Origin: an uncultured Veillonellaceae bacterium
GTDB lineage: Bacteria > Bacillota > Negativicutes > UBA1444
Direction of reading: 5' to 3'
Length of the DNA stretch: 50,622 nt
Assembly (NCBI GenBank): GCA_964579955.1
Contig: CAZOJA010000002.1
Span: 1-50,622, forward strand
The position numbers and the translations under genes are program-made. A model generated the notes under the pieces. It was not told where the DNA came from and ran no database searches. It saw only the letters and a program-made list of their open reading frames with translations. Below, piece after piece: positions 9,739-18,409 of this stretch (within the stretch, counting starts at the first letter, position 1; each line of letters begins with the position of its first letter).

Positions 9739-10722
9739 CTACTCTCCCGACTCCGTGTTCTCAGGAGGCGGCAACGGCCTCCGCAACTTTCGGAAATCAA
9801 ATACAATATCGAATGCACCGATAAAAACGACAATCTGCATAATAAAATTATTGGTAAACACCATTAATATGAAAATACTGGTTATAATCCGCGGCACATC
9901 GCGCTTTTTTGCATAGAACATTGCGACTGCCAGCCCTTGCACCGCCAGCAACAGGCTGCTTACAACCTGAAGGTTGATGCCGGCCGTGGCCAGCATCTCG
10001 ATTTCACGGCTTTTTCCCCAATACAACATCAGCATCGAACTGACAAATGCATAGAGCAACGACGAAGAAAACCTCCAGGTCCGGAATTCTGGAAAAGAAG
10101 CGTACTGCTGGCCTAATTTTCTCAATACTGCGCGAGCGACCAGGAAGTTGAGATAGGTATCAACAACCGATGCCAAGGCAAACCCAGCCGGCAAAATGAG
10201 TTTCATCAACTCCAACATGCCCTTCATGTTCTCGGCCAGTTGGTTTAGGTCCGCTTCCTTCATGCCAAAGCCGCGATATACGTTGATTGCTTGGTCGACA
10301 GCCTTGGCCATCGCAGCAGTGTGATCAGCAAGCGGATTGATGCCAAGCACAGCCGCGCTGATCGATAGCACAATGATTTTTGCCGCCAAGGAAGCGATTG
10401 AGCCGAACAACACCGTATAAACCGGCGATAGATGTTTACGGAAGCAATGTCCTAGAACAATGCCGGTCATACCGAAACCGATTGCCACCGCCACAGCATG
10501 AAGGGGGTGAACCAGGATGGCGATTAAAATTCCTGCCACCGCTGTCGCCATCATGCTCCATTTATACCCGTGTCGCACTCCAAGCAATATGATAGGCACG
10601 GGCCAGATCAAATTGATGAATGCGCCGATAAACGGGATGTAAACGCTAATCAATGCAAAAAGGATCGCGACTGCGGAAAGAATGCCGCCTTCCACCATCG
10701 GTCTAACACGGGTCGTGCTCAT
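9739..10722 (-). CDS. yybS: YybS-like polytopic membrane protein (DUF2232)
   Basis: 327 aa, highly hydrophobic with multiple TM segments. It sits immediately upstream of gdpP, as in Bacillus yybS-yybT. Confidence 0.75.
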   Translation of the reverse strand: MSTTRVRPMVEGGILSAVAILFALISVYIPFIGAFINLIWPVPIILLGVRHGYKWSMMATAVAGILIAILVHPLHAVAVAIGFGMTGIVLGHCFRKHLSPVYTVLFGSIASLAAKIIVLSISAAVLGINPLADHTAAMAKAVDQAINVYRGFGMKEADLNQLAENMKGMLELMKLILPAGFALASVVDTYLNFLVARAVLRKLGQQYASFPEFRTWRFSSSLLYAFVSSMLMLYWGKSREIEMLATAGINLQVVSSLLLAVQGLAVAMFYAKKRDVPRIITSIFILMVFTNNFIMQIVVFIGAFDIVFDFRKLRRPLPPPENTESGE

Positions 10723-10825
10723 CGGTTCACCTCATTATTTTCAATAACGGAAGAATTCGTACAACAACGCCAACATTCCTGCTAAGGTCTTTCTTGCGTT
10801 AATCTGCCTTTTGACGCGATATATC

Positions 10826-10859
10826 AAAAAAAAATGAGCGACCGAAAACGGCCTCTCAT
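10826..10859 (-). terminator. Rho-independent terminator after rpsR
   Basis: The minus strand reads ATGAGAGGCCG-tttt-CGGTCGCTCAT followed by a run of nine T. Confidence 0.8.
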
Positions 10860-10888
10860 TTTATTGTCGCGTGTGTCTGCGTTTCGTC

Positions 10889-11119
10889 TTATTCCGTCGT
10901 GAAAGGCAGAAGCGCAATACTGCGAGCCCGTTTGACGGCGAGTGTCACTTGGCGCTGATGTTTAGCGCAATTGCCGGAAATCCGGCGGGGGAGAATTTTG
11001 CCCCGTTCGCTGACATAGCGTTGCAAGCGGCCGATTTCTTTATAGTTAATGGACTCAATCTTGTCCACACAGAAGCTGCAAACTTTTTTGCGGGGTCTTC
11101 TTCCTTTTTCCCGTCTCAC
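10889..11119 (-). CDS. rpsR: 30S ribosomal protein S18
   Basis: 76 aa with a GTG start preceded by AAGGAGGG. Contains [10 protein letters not shown]...[24 protein letters not shown], typical of S18. Confidence 0.96.
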   Translation of the reverse strand: MRREKGRRPRKKVCSFCVDKIESINYKEIGRLQRYVSERGKILPRRISGNCAKHQRQVTLAVKRARSIALLPFTTE

Positions 11120-11139
11120 TCTGTTGAACCCTCCTTACT

Positions 11140-11553
11140 TCAGAATGGAATCTCATCATCTGGCGCCACATCGTGCCCGAACTGCGTCGCCGCATCGTGA
11201 GAAACTTGATTTTCTGCGCCTGCTCCGCCACCAGTTGTTCCGGCAGAGCGACGGTCCAAGAATTCAACGGCTTGGGCAACGATTTCCGTAACCCAGCGTT
11301 TTTGACCGTCTTTTCCGTCATAACTGCGAATTTGCAAGCGCCCTTCGACCATGGCGCGCTGTCCTTTGCTCAAGTTGTTGCCGCAAGCTTCCGCTAATTT
11401 TTCCCACGTTATGATGGAAATAAAGTCGGTATTGTCTTTGCCGCCACCAAACCGATCCACAGCCAGGGTGAACGACGTGACCATCTTGCCGCTCTGCGTT
11501 GTCCGGATTTCCGGATCACGCACCAATCTTCCCAACAGAAACACCTTGTTCAT
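11140..11553 (-). CDS. ssb: Single-stranded DNA-binding protein
   Basis: 137 aa with an OB-fold N-terminus (MNKVFLLGRLVRDPEIR), a Gly-rich linker and an acidic C-terminal tip (DDEIPF). Confidence 0.96.
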   Translation of the reverse strand: MNKVFLLGRLVRDPEIRTTQSGKMVTSFTLAVDRFGGGKDNTDFISIITWEKLAEACGNNLSKGQRAMVEGRLQIRSYDGKDGQKRWVTEIVAQAVEFLDRRSAGTTGGGAGAENQVSHDAATQFGHDVAPDDEIPF

Positions 11554-11569
11554 GGCTTAGGCCTCCCGA

Positions 11570-11854
11570 CTATTCATCTTCTTTTACGATCATGTGCCGC
11601 AAGATGTCGTCGGTAATCTTCATCACGCGATTCAGTTCAGCGACCGTCGCGGGTGTGCCGGTGAAGTGGAAGATGCAGTAGTAACCTTCGGTAAAATCTT
11701 TTACCAGGTAGGCCAGACGACGTTTGCCCCAGCGGTCGATCTTTTCCATCACACCGCCATTGTTTGTCACCATCGCTTCAAACTTGGCAATGACCGCTTG
11801 CAGTGCTTCTTCTTCCATCGGTTTGATGATGAATACGAGTTCATACTTTTTCAA
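11570..11854 (-). CDS. rpsF: 30S ribosomal protein S6
   Basis: The S6-like sequence begins at (L->M)KKYELVFIIKP. The TTG at 11854 has GGAGGAGG 8 nt upstream. The ORF-track start at 11929 adds 25 non-homologous residues. Confidence 0.9.
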   Translation of the reverse strand: MKKYELVFIIKPMEEEALQAVIAKFEAMVTNNGGVMEKIDRWGKRRLAYLVKDFTEGYYCIFHFTGTPATVAELNRVMKITDDILRHMIVKEDE

Positions 11855-11966
11855 CAGGTTCACCTCCTCCTTTGGACTATCGGCCCCTCTTAGGGGCAGG
11901 GGAGTAAATGCCCGAGTGTTCAGGCTCATTTATTTTATAACAACACCGGCCGGAAAGCAACATTTA

Positions 11967-13073
11967 TTATACATTGAACCGGAAATGTGTCACGTCGCCG
12001 TCTTTCATGATGTATTCCTTTCCTTCCAGACGCACCAATCCCTTCTCCTTGGCTCCGTTAAAGCTGCCGCACGCCATGAGGTCGTTATAAGCGACGATTT
12101 CTGCTCGGATGAATCCCCGTTCGATATCGGAATGAATCTTCCCTGCCGCCTGCTGCGCCTTAGTGCCTCGTCGTATCGTCCAAGCCCGCACTTCCGGCGT
12201 ACCGGCTGTCAGGAATGATATCAGGTCGAGCAGCCGGTAGCCGGCTTTGATCAGTTTATTCAGGCCGGGCTCGGAAATACCGAGCTCCTGTAGGAATGCC
12301 GCGGATTCTTCACTAGGAAGCTCAGAAATTTCTGCCTCCAACTTGGCGCAGACAGCAATCGCCTCAGCGCCTTCGGCCGACGCCCATTCTTGTACGGCCC
12401 TGAACATCGGCCCGCCTGAGGGGTCGGCAGCATCCTTCTCGTCTATGTTGGCAACGTACAGAACGGGTTTTAACGTCAGCAGATTCATATCACGCACCAA
12501 ATCGATTTCCTCGTTGCTCAGGCTGGCTTTACGGGCAGGCTGCGCGTTTCCAAGAAGCTCTATCAGTCGATTGAGCACCTCGATTTCGGCCAGAGGTTTC
12601 TTATCGCCGCCCTTCAGTAGTTTCCGGGTCCGTTCCACCCGCTTCTCCAGCGATTCCAGATCGGCCAGACAAAGCTCCATATTTAGGATTTCCATGTCAT
12701 TGGCTGGATTGATGCTTCCTTCCACATGCATGACATTTTCATCGGAAAAACAACGCACGACTTGAACAACAGCATCCACCTGGCGGATATGCGACAAAAA
12801 CTTGTTACCCAGCCCGGCTCCGGTCGATGCCCCTTTCCCCAATCCTGCAATATCGACGAACCGGATGGATGTGGGGGTAATTTTTTTCGGATGGTACATG
12901 TCAGCCAGACGATCAAGCCGTTCATCCGGCACATCGACCATCCCTACATTGGGTTCGACGGTGCTGTACAGACAATTGTTCGTTTCCACCCCTGCTTTCG
13001 TCAACGCGTTGAACAGGGTCGTTTTCCCTACATTGGGCAGGCCCAATATGCCGATTTCCAAACTTGTGCTCAT
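11967..13073 (-). CDS. ychF: Ribosome-binding ATPase YchF
   Basis: 368 aa with G1 motif GLPNVGKTTLFNALT and a C-terminal TGS-like region ending HFRFNV. Confidence 0.95.
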   Translation of the reverse strand: MSTSLEIGILGLPNVGKTTLFNALTKAGVETNNCLYSTVEPNVGMVDVPDERLDRLADMYHPKKITPTSIRFVDIAGLGKGASTGAGLGNKFLSHIRQVDAVVQVVRCFSDENVMHVEGSINPANDMEILNMELCLADLESLEKRVERTRKLLKGGDKKPLAEIEVLNRLIELLGNAQPARKASLSNEEIDLVRDMNLLTLKPVLYVANIDEKDAADPSGGPMFRAVQEWASAEGAEAIAVCAKLEAEISELPSEESAAFLQELGISEPGLNKLIKAGYRLLDLISFLTAGTPEVRAWTIRRGTKAQQAAGKIHSDIERGFIRAEIVAYNDLMACGSFNGAKEKGLVRLEGKEYIMKDGDVTHFRFNV

Positions 13074-13303
13074 TCGGCACCCTCCTTTTTCACTTCCAGC
13101 GATTTGACCGCTTTCTCAAATTTGGGTCGCGGCACCATGACGCGGCGACCACAACCCAAGCATTTTATCCCGATATCCATGCCGGTGCGAACAATTTCCC
13201 AGCGGTCCGATCCGCAGGGGTGCGCTTTTTTCATTTTGGCAATATCACCCAGTTCCAGTTTAAGCGGCACCAACAATCCCCTTCCTTCAGCGGTTTCAGT
13301 CAA
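13070..13303 (-). CDS. DUF951 family small protein (YyzM-like)
   Basis: 77 aa with the signature LELGDIAKMKKAHPCGSDRWEIVRTGMDIGIKCLGCGRRVM (four Cys). It has 4-nt overlaps with both neighbours. Confidence 0.8.
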   Translation of the reverse strand: MTETAEGRGLLVPLKLELGDIAKMKKAHPCGSDRWEIVRTGMDIGIKCLGCGRRVMVPRPKFEKAVKSLEVKKEGAE

Positions 13304-13551
13304 TCCAGTTTTTCAAATATCCGTTGGGAAAAATCGCTAGTATATACAGCGCGATAGCTTATTATTTCCCGGGAAATAATAGCGATCGCAACAGCTAACT
13401 CTGCTGTAGTCAAAGTGATGCTTTGTCCGCAACTGGCAGATATTTCACGTGGCGTGGGGATGAGTTCAAATCGCACCCCTGCATTGCGCAATGTTTTTTC
13501 GGCGCGCAACGCCTGATGAATCGAATCAAACACAATCAACCTTTCGCTCAT
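13300..13551 (-). CDS. DUF3343 protein (putative Se/S carrier-like)
   Basis: The likely start, MSERLIVFDSIHQALRAEKTL at 13551, forms an ATGA overlap with the yedF stop. It has the conserved Cys context ISASCG. The ORF-track start at 13665 lies inside yedF. Confidence 0.75.
   Translation of the reverse strand: MSERLIVFDSIHQALRAEKTLRNAGVRFELIPTPREISASCGQSITLTTAELAVAIAIISREIISYRAVYTSDFSQRIFEKLD
13364..13377. promoter_or_regulatory. Noc-binding-site (NBS)-type palindrome ATTTCCCGGGAAAT
   Basis: Exact match to the 14-bp Bacillus subtilis NBS consensus. It is embedded in a perfect 20-bp palindrome, ATTATTTCCCGGGAAATAAT (13361-13380), inside the DUF3343 CDS. Confidence 0.6.
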
Positions 13552-14162
13552 AGTGCGATTATACGGCCGGGTCCTGTAAGTTCGCTCAAAATTGAATACA
13601 TATTTGTCACGTTGCCAACAGCTAGGCTTTGTTTGAGTGAATAATAATCGAGACAAGTCCCACAAACCATCACAGCGGCGCCTTGACGCGACAGTTCCTG
13701 CAGTGCCGGCAGAACCGGGGAGTCGGCGACAGCCAAAAAGACACCGCTGTTAATCAACATAACCGCACGAGGACGTCGAGGGAGTTCAAGCAGTGAAACA
13801 AAAAACGACTTCATCAGAATCGCACCGAGTTCCTCACTGCCTGATCCCAGTGTGTTTCGGGCAAGCAGTATCACCGGCGCCACCACATCAACCGCATCCT
13901 CCACGCGGTCGTCTGTTGCCCCGATGCCTTGCCTCGCCTTTAGTTCCAGCCTATATAGCCCTTCTATATTCTCGATGTGAACCCCATATCCGCTATTAGC
14001 CGCAAATTTAGCGACGTTTTCCTTTGCAGCCTGATTGTCGACAACTACGGTTAATTCAGGTGGCTTTTTGTCCAACGCCCTTTTGGTCAAGATGACCGGT
14101 TGAGGACAGGCCAATCCCTGGCAGTTTAACACGTTATCACTAGTCTGCAGTTCATTTGACAT
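13548..14162 (-). CDS. yedF: YedF-type selenium-metabolism protein (TusA/SirA-like N-domain plus DsrE-like C-domain)
   Basis: 204 aa with an N-terminal CPxP motif (GLACPQPV) and a C-terminal redox-like domain containing VCGTCLDYY. It overlaps the selD stop by 11 nt. Confidence 0.8.
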   Translation of the reverse strand: MSNELQTSDNVLNCQGLACPQPVILTKRALDKKPPELTVVVDNQAAKENVAKFAANSGYGVHIENIEGLYRLELKARQGIGATDDRVEDAVDVVAPVILLARNTLGSGSEELGAILMKSFFVSLLELPRRPRAVMLINSGVFLAVADSPVLPALQELSRQGAAVMVCGTCLDYYSLKQSLAVGNVTNMYSILSELTGPGRIIAL

Positions 14163-15174
14163 ATATTTCCCCTTCCCCTTGCCCAGTCACCCTGCCGATG
14201 CACGCGGCAACAAGTCCGGTCGACTGAGCCTCCAACAAAAACTTGTTCGCATGTTCTTCCGGTAGACTGATTAATAAGCCACCGGAGGTCTGAGGATCAA
14301 ACAGCAGATCCTGCAAATAAACAGGGACTTGTGGATGGAATTCGACGGTTTTTAAGTACTCACGATTAGCATAGGCGCCGGCCGGAATCAAACCCATGCT
14401 GGCGGCCTCTGCAGCGTCCGGCAGTAGCGGGATCGCCCCACTCTCAAGTTCAAAATTGACCCCGCTGGCACAGGCCATTTCGTAGGCATGGCCAAGCAGG
14501 CCAAATCCAGTGATGTCTGTACAGGCATGCACCGGGTAGCGCTCCATCACTTCGGCAGCATAACGATTCAACTGAGCCATGCTCTGGGCCGCAGCCGCAA
14601 CGCCTCGTGGAAACAGCTCCGCTCGTTGAGCGGTATACAAGACCCCTGTCCCGATGGCCTTGGTCAAAATCAAGGCATCCTCCGGGTTGGCCCCGGCATT
14701 GGTGAGAACTTTCTTTGGATGTACGATGCCGGTCACGCTAAGCCCATATTTGGGTTCATCATCATCGATCGTATGTCCGCCGACCATCACTGCGCCGGCT
14801 TCGGCTATTTTTTGCTGTCCGCCGCTGAGAACTGCCAGCAGGACTTCGGCGGACAACTTACAAATAGGAAAAGTGACGATATTCATCGCTGTAAGCGGTT
14901 TACCGCCCATGGCGTACACATCGCTCAAACTGTTAGCGGCAGCGATCTGCCCGAATAAAAAGGGATCGTCCACAATCGGCGTGAAAAAATCCAGCGTCTG
15001 AATCAGCGCCGTTTCTTCATTAAGCAGATATACCCCTGCATCATCGGAAGTATTGATGCCGACCAGTACCCGGGGATCGTGAATCTCCGGCAGCTTGGAT
15101 AATACGTTTGATAAGGCGCCCGGCCCTATTTTGGCCGCTCAGCCGCCTCGTTTTGTGAAATCGGTAAGTTTCAT
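14152..15174 (-). CDS. selD: Selenophosphate synthetase, selenocysteine-containing (in-frame UGA at 15141..15139)
   Basis: Hand translation upstream of the track ORF (14152-14973) is stop-free and reads MKLTDFTKRGG-U-AAKIGPGALSNVLSKLPEIHDPRVLVGINTSDDAGVYLL...TPIVDDPFLFG. This is the canonical SelD N-terminus, with UGA where Cys/Sec lies. AAAGGAGGTG sits 6 nt before ATG 15174. Total length is 340 codons. Confidence 0.92.
15115..15147 (-). promoter_or_regulatory. UGA-Sec recoding site with candidate SECIS-like hairpin
   Basis: The RNA GGCG-GCUGAG-CGGCC-AAAAUAG-GGCCG-GG-CGCC can form 4-bp and 5-bp helices around the UGA. The structure was inferred by eye only. Confidence 0.4.
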
Positions 15175-15251
15175 GCCGGACACCTCCTTTGTATCATAAA
15201 TTCTTGGGTTGCGGTCTGTTTCCTATTGTACAACACTTCCCCTCGCTACGC

Positions 15252-15281
15252 AAAAAACTGCAGGTTCTGTCGAACCTGCAG
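15252..15281 (-). terminator. Rho-independent terminator after the CBS/ACT gene
   Basis: The minus strand reads CTGCAGGTTC-gaca-GAACCTGCAG followed by TTTTTTG. The stem is a perfect 10 bp. Confidence 0.85.
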
Positions 15282-15307
15282 CAGGGTGTTTTGCCGGCGA
15301 AATGGAA

Positions 15308-15952
15308 TTAACCGATTTGCACCGTGTGCTGGGGAGGATATCCGATAGCAGTTAGCCGTTCAATCAGTTCTCCCGTGTCCTGAGAGTTAAACCTGATAAC
15401 GAGTTCTCCCGGCCCTTCATCGGTCGTATAACTGGCTAAACTGCTAATGTTGATGTTCAAATCTTTGAACACTCCGGTAATCTCGTGCAGTACCCCGACT
15501 TGATCCGAAACGCTGAATGTGAATCTGGTTTTTCCTTCCTTGAGTCCCATGATTTCGACAAAGCTGTTGAATATGTCCGTTTCAGTGATGATGCCGACTA
15601 CTGCACCGACAGCATCGACCACCACCAACCCGGCGATATGGTGATTGGACATCGTCAACGCAGCTTCTTCTATCGTCGCACCGACATTTATTGTCACAAC
15701 ATCCTTGTGCAGAATGTCTTTGACCTGCATTTTTCCCAGCAGATAATTCAGTTCGAAAATTGACAAAGTTGTGGCCGGGGACGGTGAAACGGAGCGTAGA
15801 TCGCGGTCGGTTACGATACCAACCAAACGACCGGCATCAACAACCGGCAAGCGACGAATTTTGTATTTCCGCATCATTTCCGACGCATCAGCGATGGTCG
15901 CACTGGATTCAATGACCTTGGGGTTGGGAGTCATTCGCTTTGCAACAAACAT
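15308..15952 (-). CDS. CBS-pair plus ACT domain protein (AcuB-like)
   Basis: 214 aa with two CBS repeats (RRLPVVDAGRLVGIVTDRDL and HHIAGLVVVDAVGAVVGIITETDI) and a C-terminal ACT-like segment. Confidence 0.8.
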   Translation of the reverse strand: MFVAKRMTPNPKVIESSATIADASEMMRKYKIRRLPVVDAGRLVGIVTDRDLRSVSPSPATTLSIFELNYLLGKMQVKDILHKDVVTINVGATIEEAALTMSNHHIAGLVVVDAVGAVVGIITETDIFNSFVEIMGLKEGKTRFTFSVSDQVGVLHEITGVFKDLNINISSLASYTTDEGPGELVIRFNSQDTGELIERLTAIGYPPQHTVQIG

Positions 15953-15986
15953 TTTTCTTCGCCCCTCTCACTTGCTTATATTGTAT

Positions 15987-16697
15987 CTATCCACCAAGAT
16001 ACGCTTTGCGTACTTCTTCGCTTTCCATAAGTTCTTTGGCCGAGCCTGACAAAGTAATCCGGCCCGTCTCCAGTACATAGGCTTGATGTGCTATCGACAG
16101 GGCCATGTTGGCATTTTGTTCCACAAGCAGGATCGTTGTCCCGCTGGCATTAATCTCCTTGATAATCGAGAAAATCTCTTTTACCAACAGAGGTGCCAAC
16201 CCCATTGATGGTTCGTCAAGCAGCAACAGTCTCGGTTGGCTCATCAAGCCTCGACCAATCGCCAACATCTGTTGTTCGCCACCGGACAAGGTTCCTGCAA
16301 TTTGTTTGCGCCGCTCACCCAAGCGGGGGAATCGCTCGAAAACTTTGTCGATATCTTTGCGAATCCCCGGTTTGTCGCTTCGAATATATGCGCCAAGTTC
16401 CAGGTTTTCCTCCACTGTCATGTTAGCAAAAATTCTTCGTCCTTCTGGCACCTGACTGATGCCCTTTTTGACGATTTCTTCCGGCGCCATTGATGCGACC
16501 GAATTTCCTTCAAAGAAGATATTTCCCGTCTTTGTTCGCAACAAGCCGGAAATGGTGCGCAAAATCGTACTTTTGCCAGCGCCGTTGGCACCGATCAGTG
16601 TGACAATTTCTCCTTCTTTGACGTCGACGCTGATTCCCTTGAGTGCATGAATCGCACCGTAATATACATTGATATTTTCGACCTTAAGCATCAACAA
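15987..16697 (-). CDS. livF: Branched-chain amino acid ABC transporter ATP-binding protein LivF-type
   Basis: 236 aa with Walker A GANGAGKST, ABC signature LSGGEQQML and Walker B LLLLDEPS. Confidence 0.9.
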   Translation of the reverse strand: MLMLKVENINVYYGAIHALKGISVDVKEGEIVTLIGANGAGKSTILRTISGLLRTKTGNIFFEGNSVASMAPEEIVKKGISQVPEGRRIFANMTVEENLELGAYIRSDKPGIRKDIDKVFERFPRLGERRKQIAGTLSGGEQQMLAIGRGLMSQPRLLLLDEPSMGLAPLLVKEIFSIIKEINASGTTILLVEQNANMALSIAHQAYVLETGRITLSGSAKELMESEEVRKAYLGG

Positions 16698-17467
16698 ACC
16701 TCCTCACCGAGATACGCCTCGATTACACAGGGATTATTTCTGATTTCCGCAGGTGTCCCCTCAGCAATAATACTGCCGTAATCCAAAACGTAAATCCGCT
16801 CGCATACGCCCATGACCAAGCTCATGTCGTGTTCAATCAATAATATGGTCAGTTTCAGTTCATCACGTATCCAACGAATCATTTCCATCAATTCATGGGT
16901 TTCCTGGGGATTCATGCCGGCTGCCGGTTCATCAAGCAAGAGCAATTGGGGTTGAGCCGCCAATGCCCGGGCGATCTCCAGTCTGCGTTGTTCTCCATAG
17001 GGCAGATTCTTGGCGATTTCGTCGCGCCGGTCATCCAGTTTGAACATCTTGAGGCATTCCATCGCCTTTTGCTCGATCATATCTTCCTCGGAGTAATAAC
17101 GGCCAACTCTGAGAACCGATTCCCAAAGTCCATATTTGACATGAAAATGGTAGGCGATTTTGACATTATCCAGAACCGACAAATCGGAAAAAAGCCGGAT
17201 GTTTTGAAAGGTCCTTGCGATACCCCGTTGCGTGACTTCATAAGGCTTAAGTCCGACCAGACTTTTGCCGTCAAACAACATCTCTCCCGAGGTCGGTTCA
17301 TAAACACCGGTCATCAGGTTGAACGCAGTAGTCTTGCCTGCTCCGTTCGGTCCAATCAGGCCGATCAGTTCTCCTGTGTTGATTTCGATGTTGAAATTGG
17401 CAACAGCCTTTAGCCCGCCGAACTCTTTGGTCAGTTTATTTATTTTGAGCAGCGCCACGCTGTCCAC
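16691..17467 (-). CDS. livG: Branched-chain amino acid ABC transporter ATP-binding protein LivG-type
   Basis: 258 aa with Walker A GPNGAGKTT, signature LPYGEQRRLEIARAL and Walker B LLLLDEPAAG. The start may instead be the GTG at 17458, which has better GGAGG spacing. Confidence 0.9.
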   Translation of the reverse strand: MDSVALLKINKLTKEFGGLKAVANFNIEINTGELIGLIGPNGAGKTTAFNLMTGVYEPTSGEMLFDGKSLVGLKPYEVTQRGIARTFQNIRLFSDLSVLDNVKIAYHFHVKYGLWESVLRVGRYYSEEDMIEQKAMECLKMFKLDDRRDEIAKNLPYGEQRRLEIARALAAQPQLLLLDEPAAGMNPQETHELMEMIRWIRDELKLTILLIEHDMSLVMGVCERIYVLDYGSIIAEGTPAEIRNNPCVIEAYLGEEVC

Positions 17468-18407
17468 CTCCCAGGCTTCGGTTAAAGATTTTCAGACTAA
17501 GCTCTTTGTTGCCAAACAGGCCTTGCGGACGATAAATCATCAACACGATCAGCAATACGGCATAGATGACCATCCGCCATTCAGGATAGCTAGCCAACTC
17601 CGCCGATATATAGGTCAACAGGATTGCGGTCGTGATTGACCCGGTGATGCTACCCATGCCACCCAGTACAACCATGGTGAGAATGTCAAATGACTTCATG
17701 AAGGTAAACGAAGCCGGATGGGCGATGTAAAAATAGTGGGAAAACAAGCCGCCCGCTACACCGGCAAACGTTGCTCCGATCGTAAAGGCGACGACTTTGT
17801 ACTTCGTCGTATCAACACCCATGGCTTCGGCGGCGATCTCGTTCTCACGTATCGATATGCAGGCCCGACCGTGGCTAGAATTTATGAAGTTCTTGATGAA
17901 CAGAACCGTAACCACCATCAACAGAAACGCCCAGGTAAATGTCGTATAGCGCGGAATCCCCATCAAACCTGAGGCTCCACCGACGTATGGGATATTAAGT
18001 ATCGTGATACGGATAATCTCGCCCAAACCCAACGTAGCAATCGCCAGATAATCTCCTTTTAAACGCAGGGTGGGCAATCCGATGGCAAAACCGAGTATCG
18101 CCGCCCCTGCGGCTCCGGCCAAAATACCCACAATATAAGGCAAACCCAGCTTTACCGTCATCACGGCCGACAGATAGGCGCCAACCGCCATGAATCCTGC
18201 GTGTCCGATCGAAAACTGACCAGTAAATCCAGTGATCAGATTCAAGCTCACCGCCAAAATGACATTGATGCAAATCAGAACAATGTTTAGTTGCCAAAAG
18301 GCGCCGATAACCTCGCTCTCAATCAGCCCCATCAATAAAGCGTACAACGCGACGGCGCCGACAATCCCCATCAAATCCCTTTTTACCTTGCTCCTCATCG
18401 CATACAC
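17436..18407 (-). CDS. livM: Branched-chain amino acid ABC transporter permease LivM-type
   Basis: 323-aa polytopic membrane protein in the standard livH-livM-livG-livF order. Confidence 0.88.
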   Translation of the reverse strand: MYAMRSKVKRDLMGIVGAVALYALLMGLIESEVIGAFWQLNIVLICINVILAVSLNLITGFTGQFSIGHAGFMAVGAYLSAVMTVKLGLPYIVGILAGAAGAAILGFAIGLPTLRLKGDYLAIATLGLGEIIRITILNIPYVGGASGLMGIPRYTTFTWAFLLMVVTVLFIKNFINSSHGRACISIRENEIAAEAMGVDTTKYKVVAFTIGATFAGVAGGLFSHYFYIAHPASFTFMKSFDILTMVVLGGMGSITGSITTAILLTYISAELASYPEWRMVIYAVLLIVLMIYRPQGLFGNKELSLKIFNRSLGGGQRGAAQNK

Positions 18408-18409
18408 AC

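Noticed and set aside
12726-13340. Long plus-strand ORFs antisense to minus-strand genes (e.g. 4639-5208, 5497-6087, 8854-9444, 12247-12765, 12726-13340, 20000-20557, 26996-27622), and minus-strand ORFs antisense to gyrA/dnaN (e.g. 49539-50039, 43496-43837).
   Set aside because: All lie entirely within strongly supported genes on the opposite strand. Their products are low-complexity and Arg/Ser/Pro/Ala-rich, as expected for shadow frames. They lack RBSs and show no recognisable family motifs.
13436-13456. The TTTCACGTG half-site (in ATATTTCACGTGGCGTG) as a third parS.
   Set aside because: Only one half of the palindrome matches, and the second arm (GGCGTG) does not resemble GAAACA.
14974-15174. 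Apparent truncation of selD (the track ORF starts at 14973, with a TGA upstream), which could be read as a pseudogene.
   Set aside because: The TGA sits exactly at the conserved Cys/Sec active-site position of SelD. The upstream frame is open, homologous and has a strong RBS. selA and selB are present in the window. It is therefore interpreted as Sec recoding.
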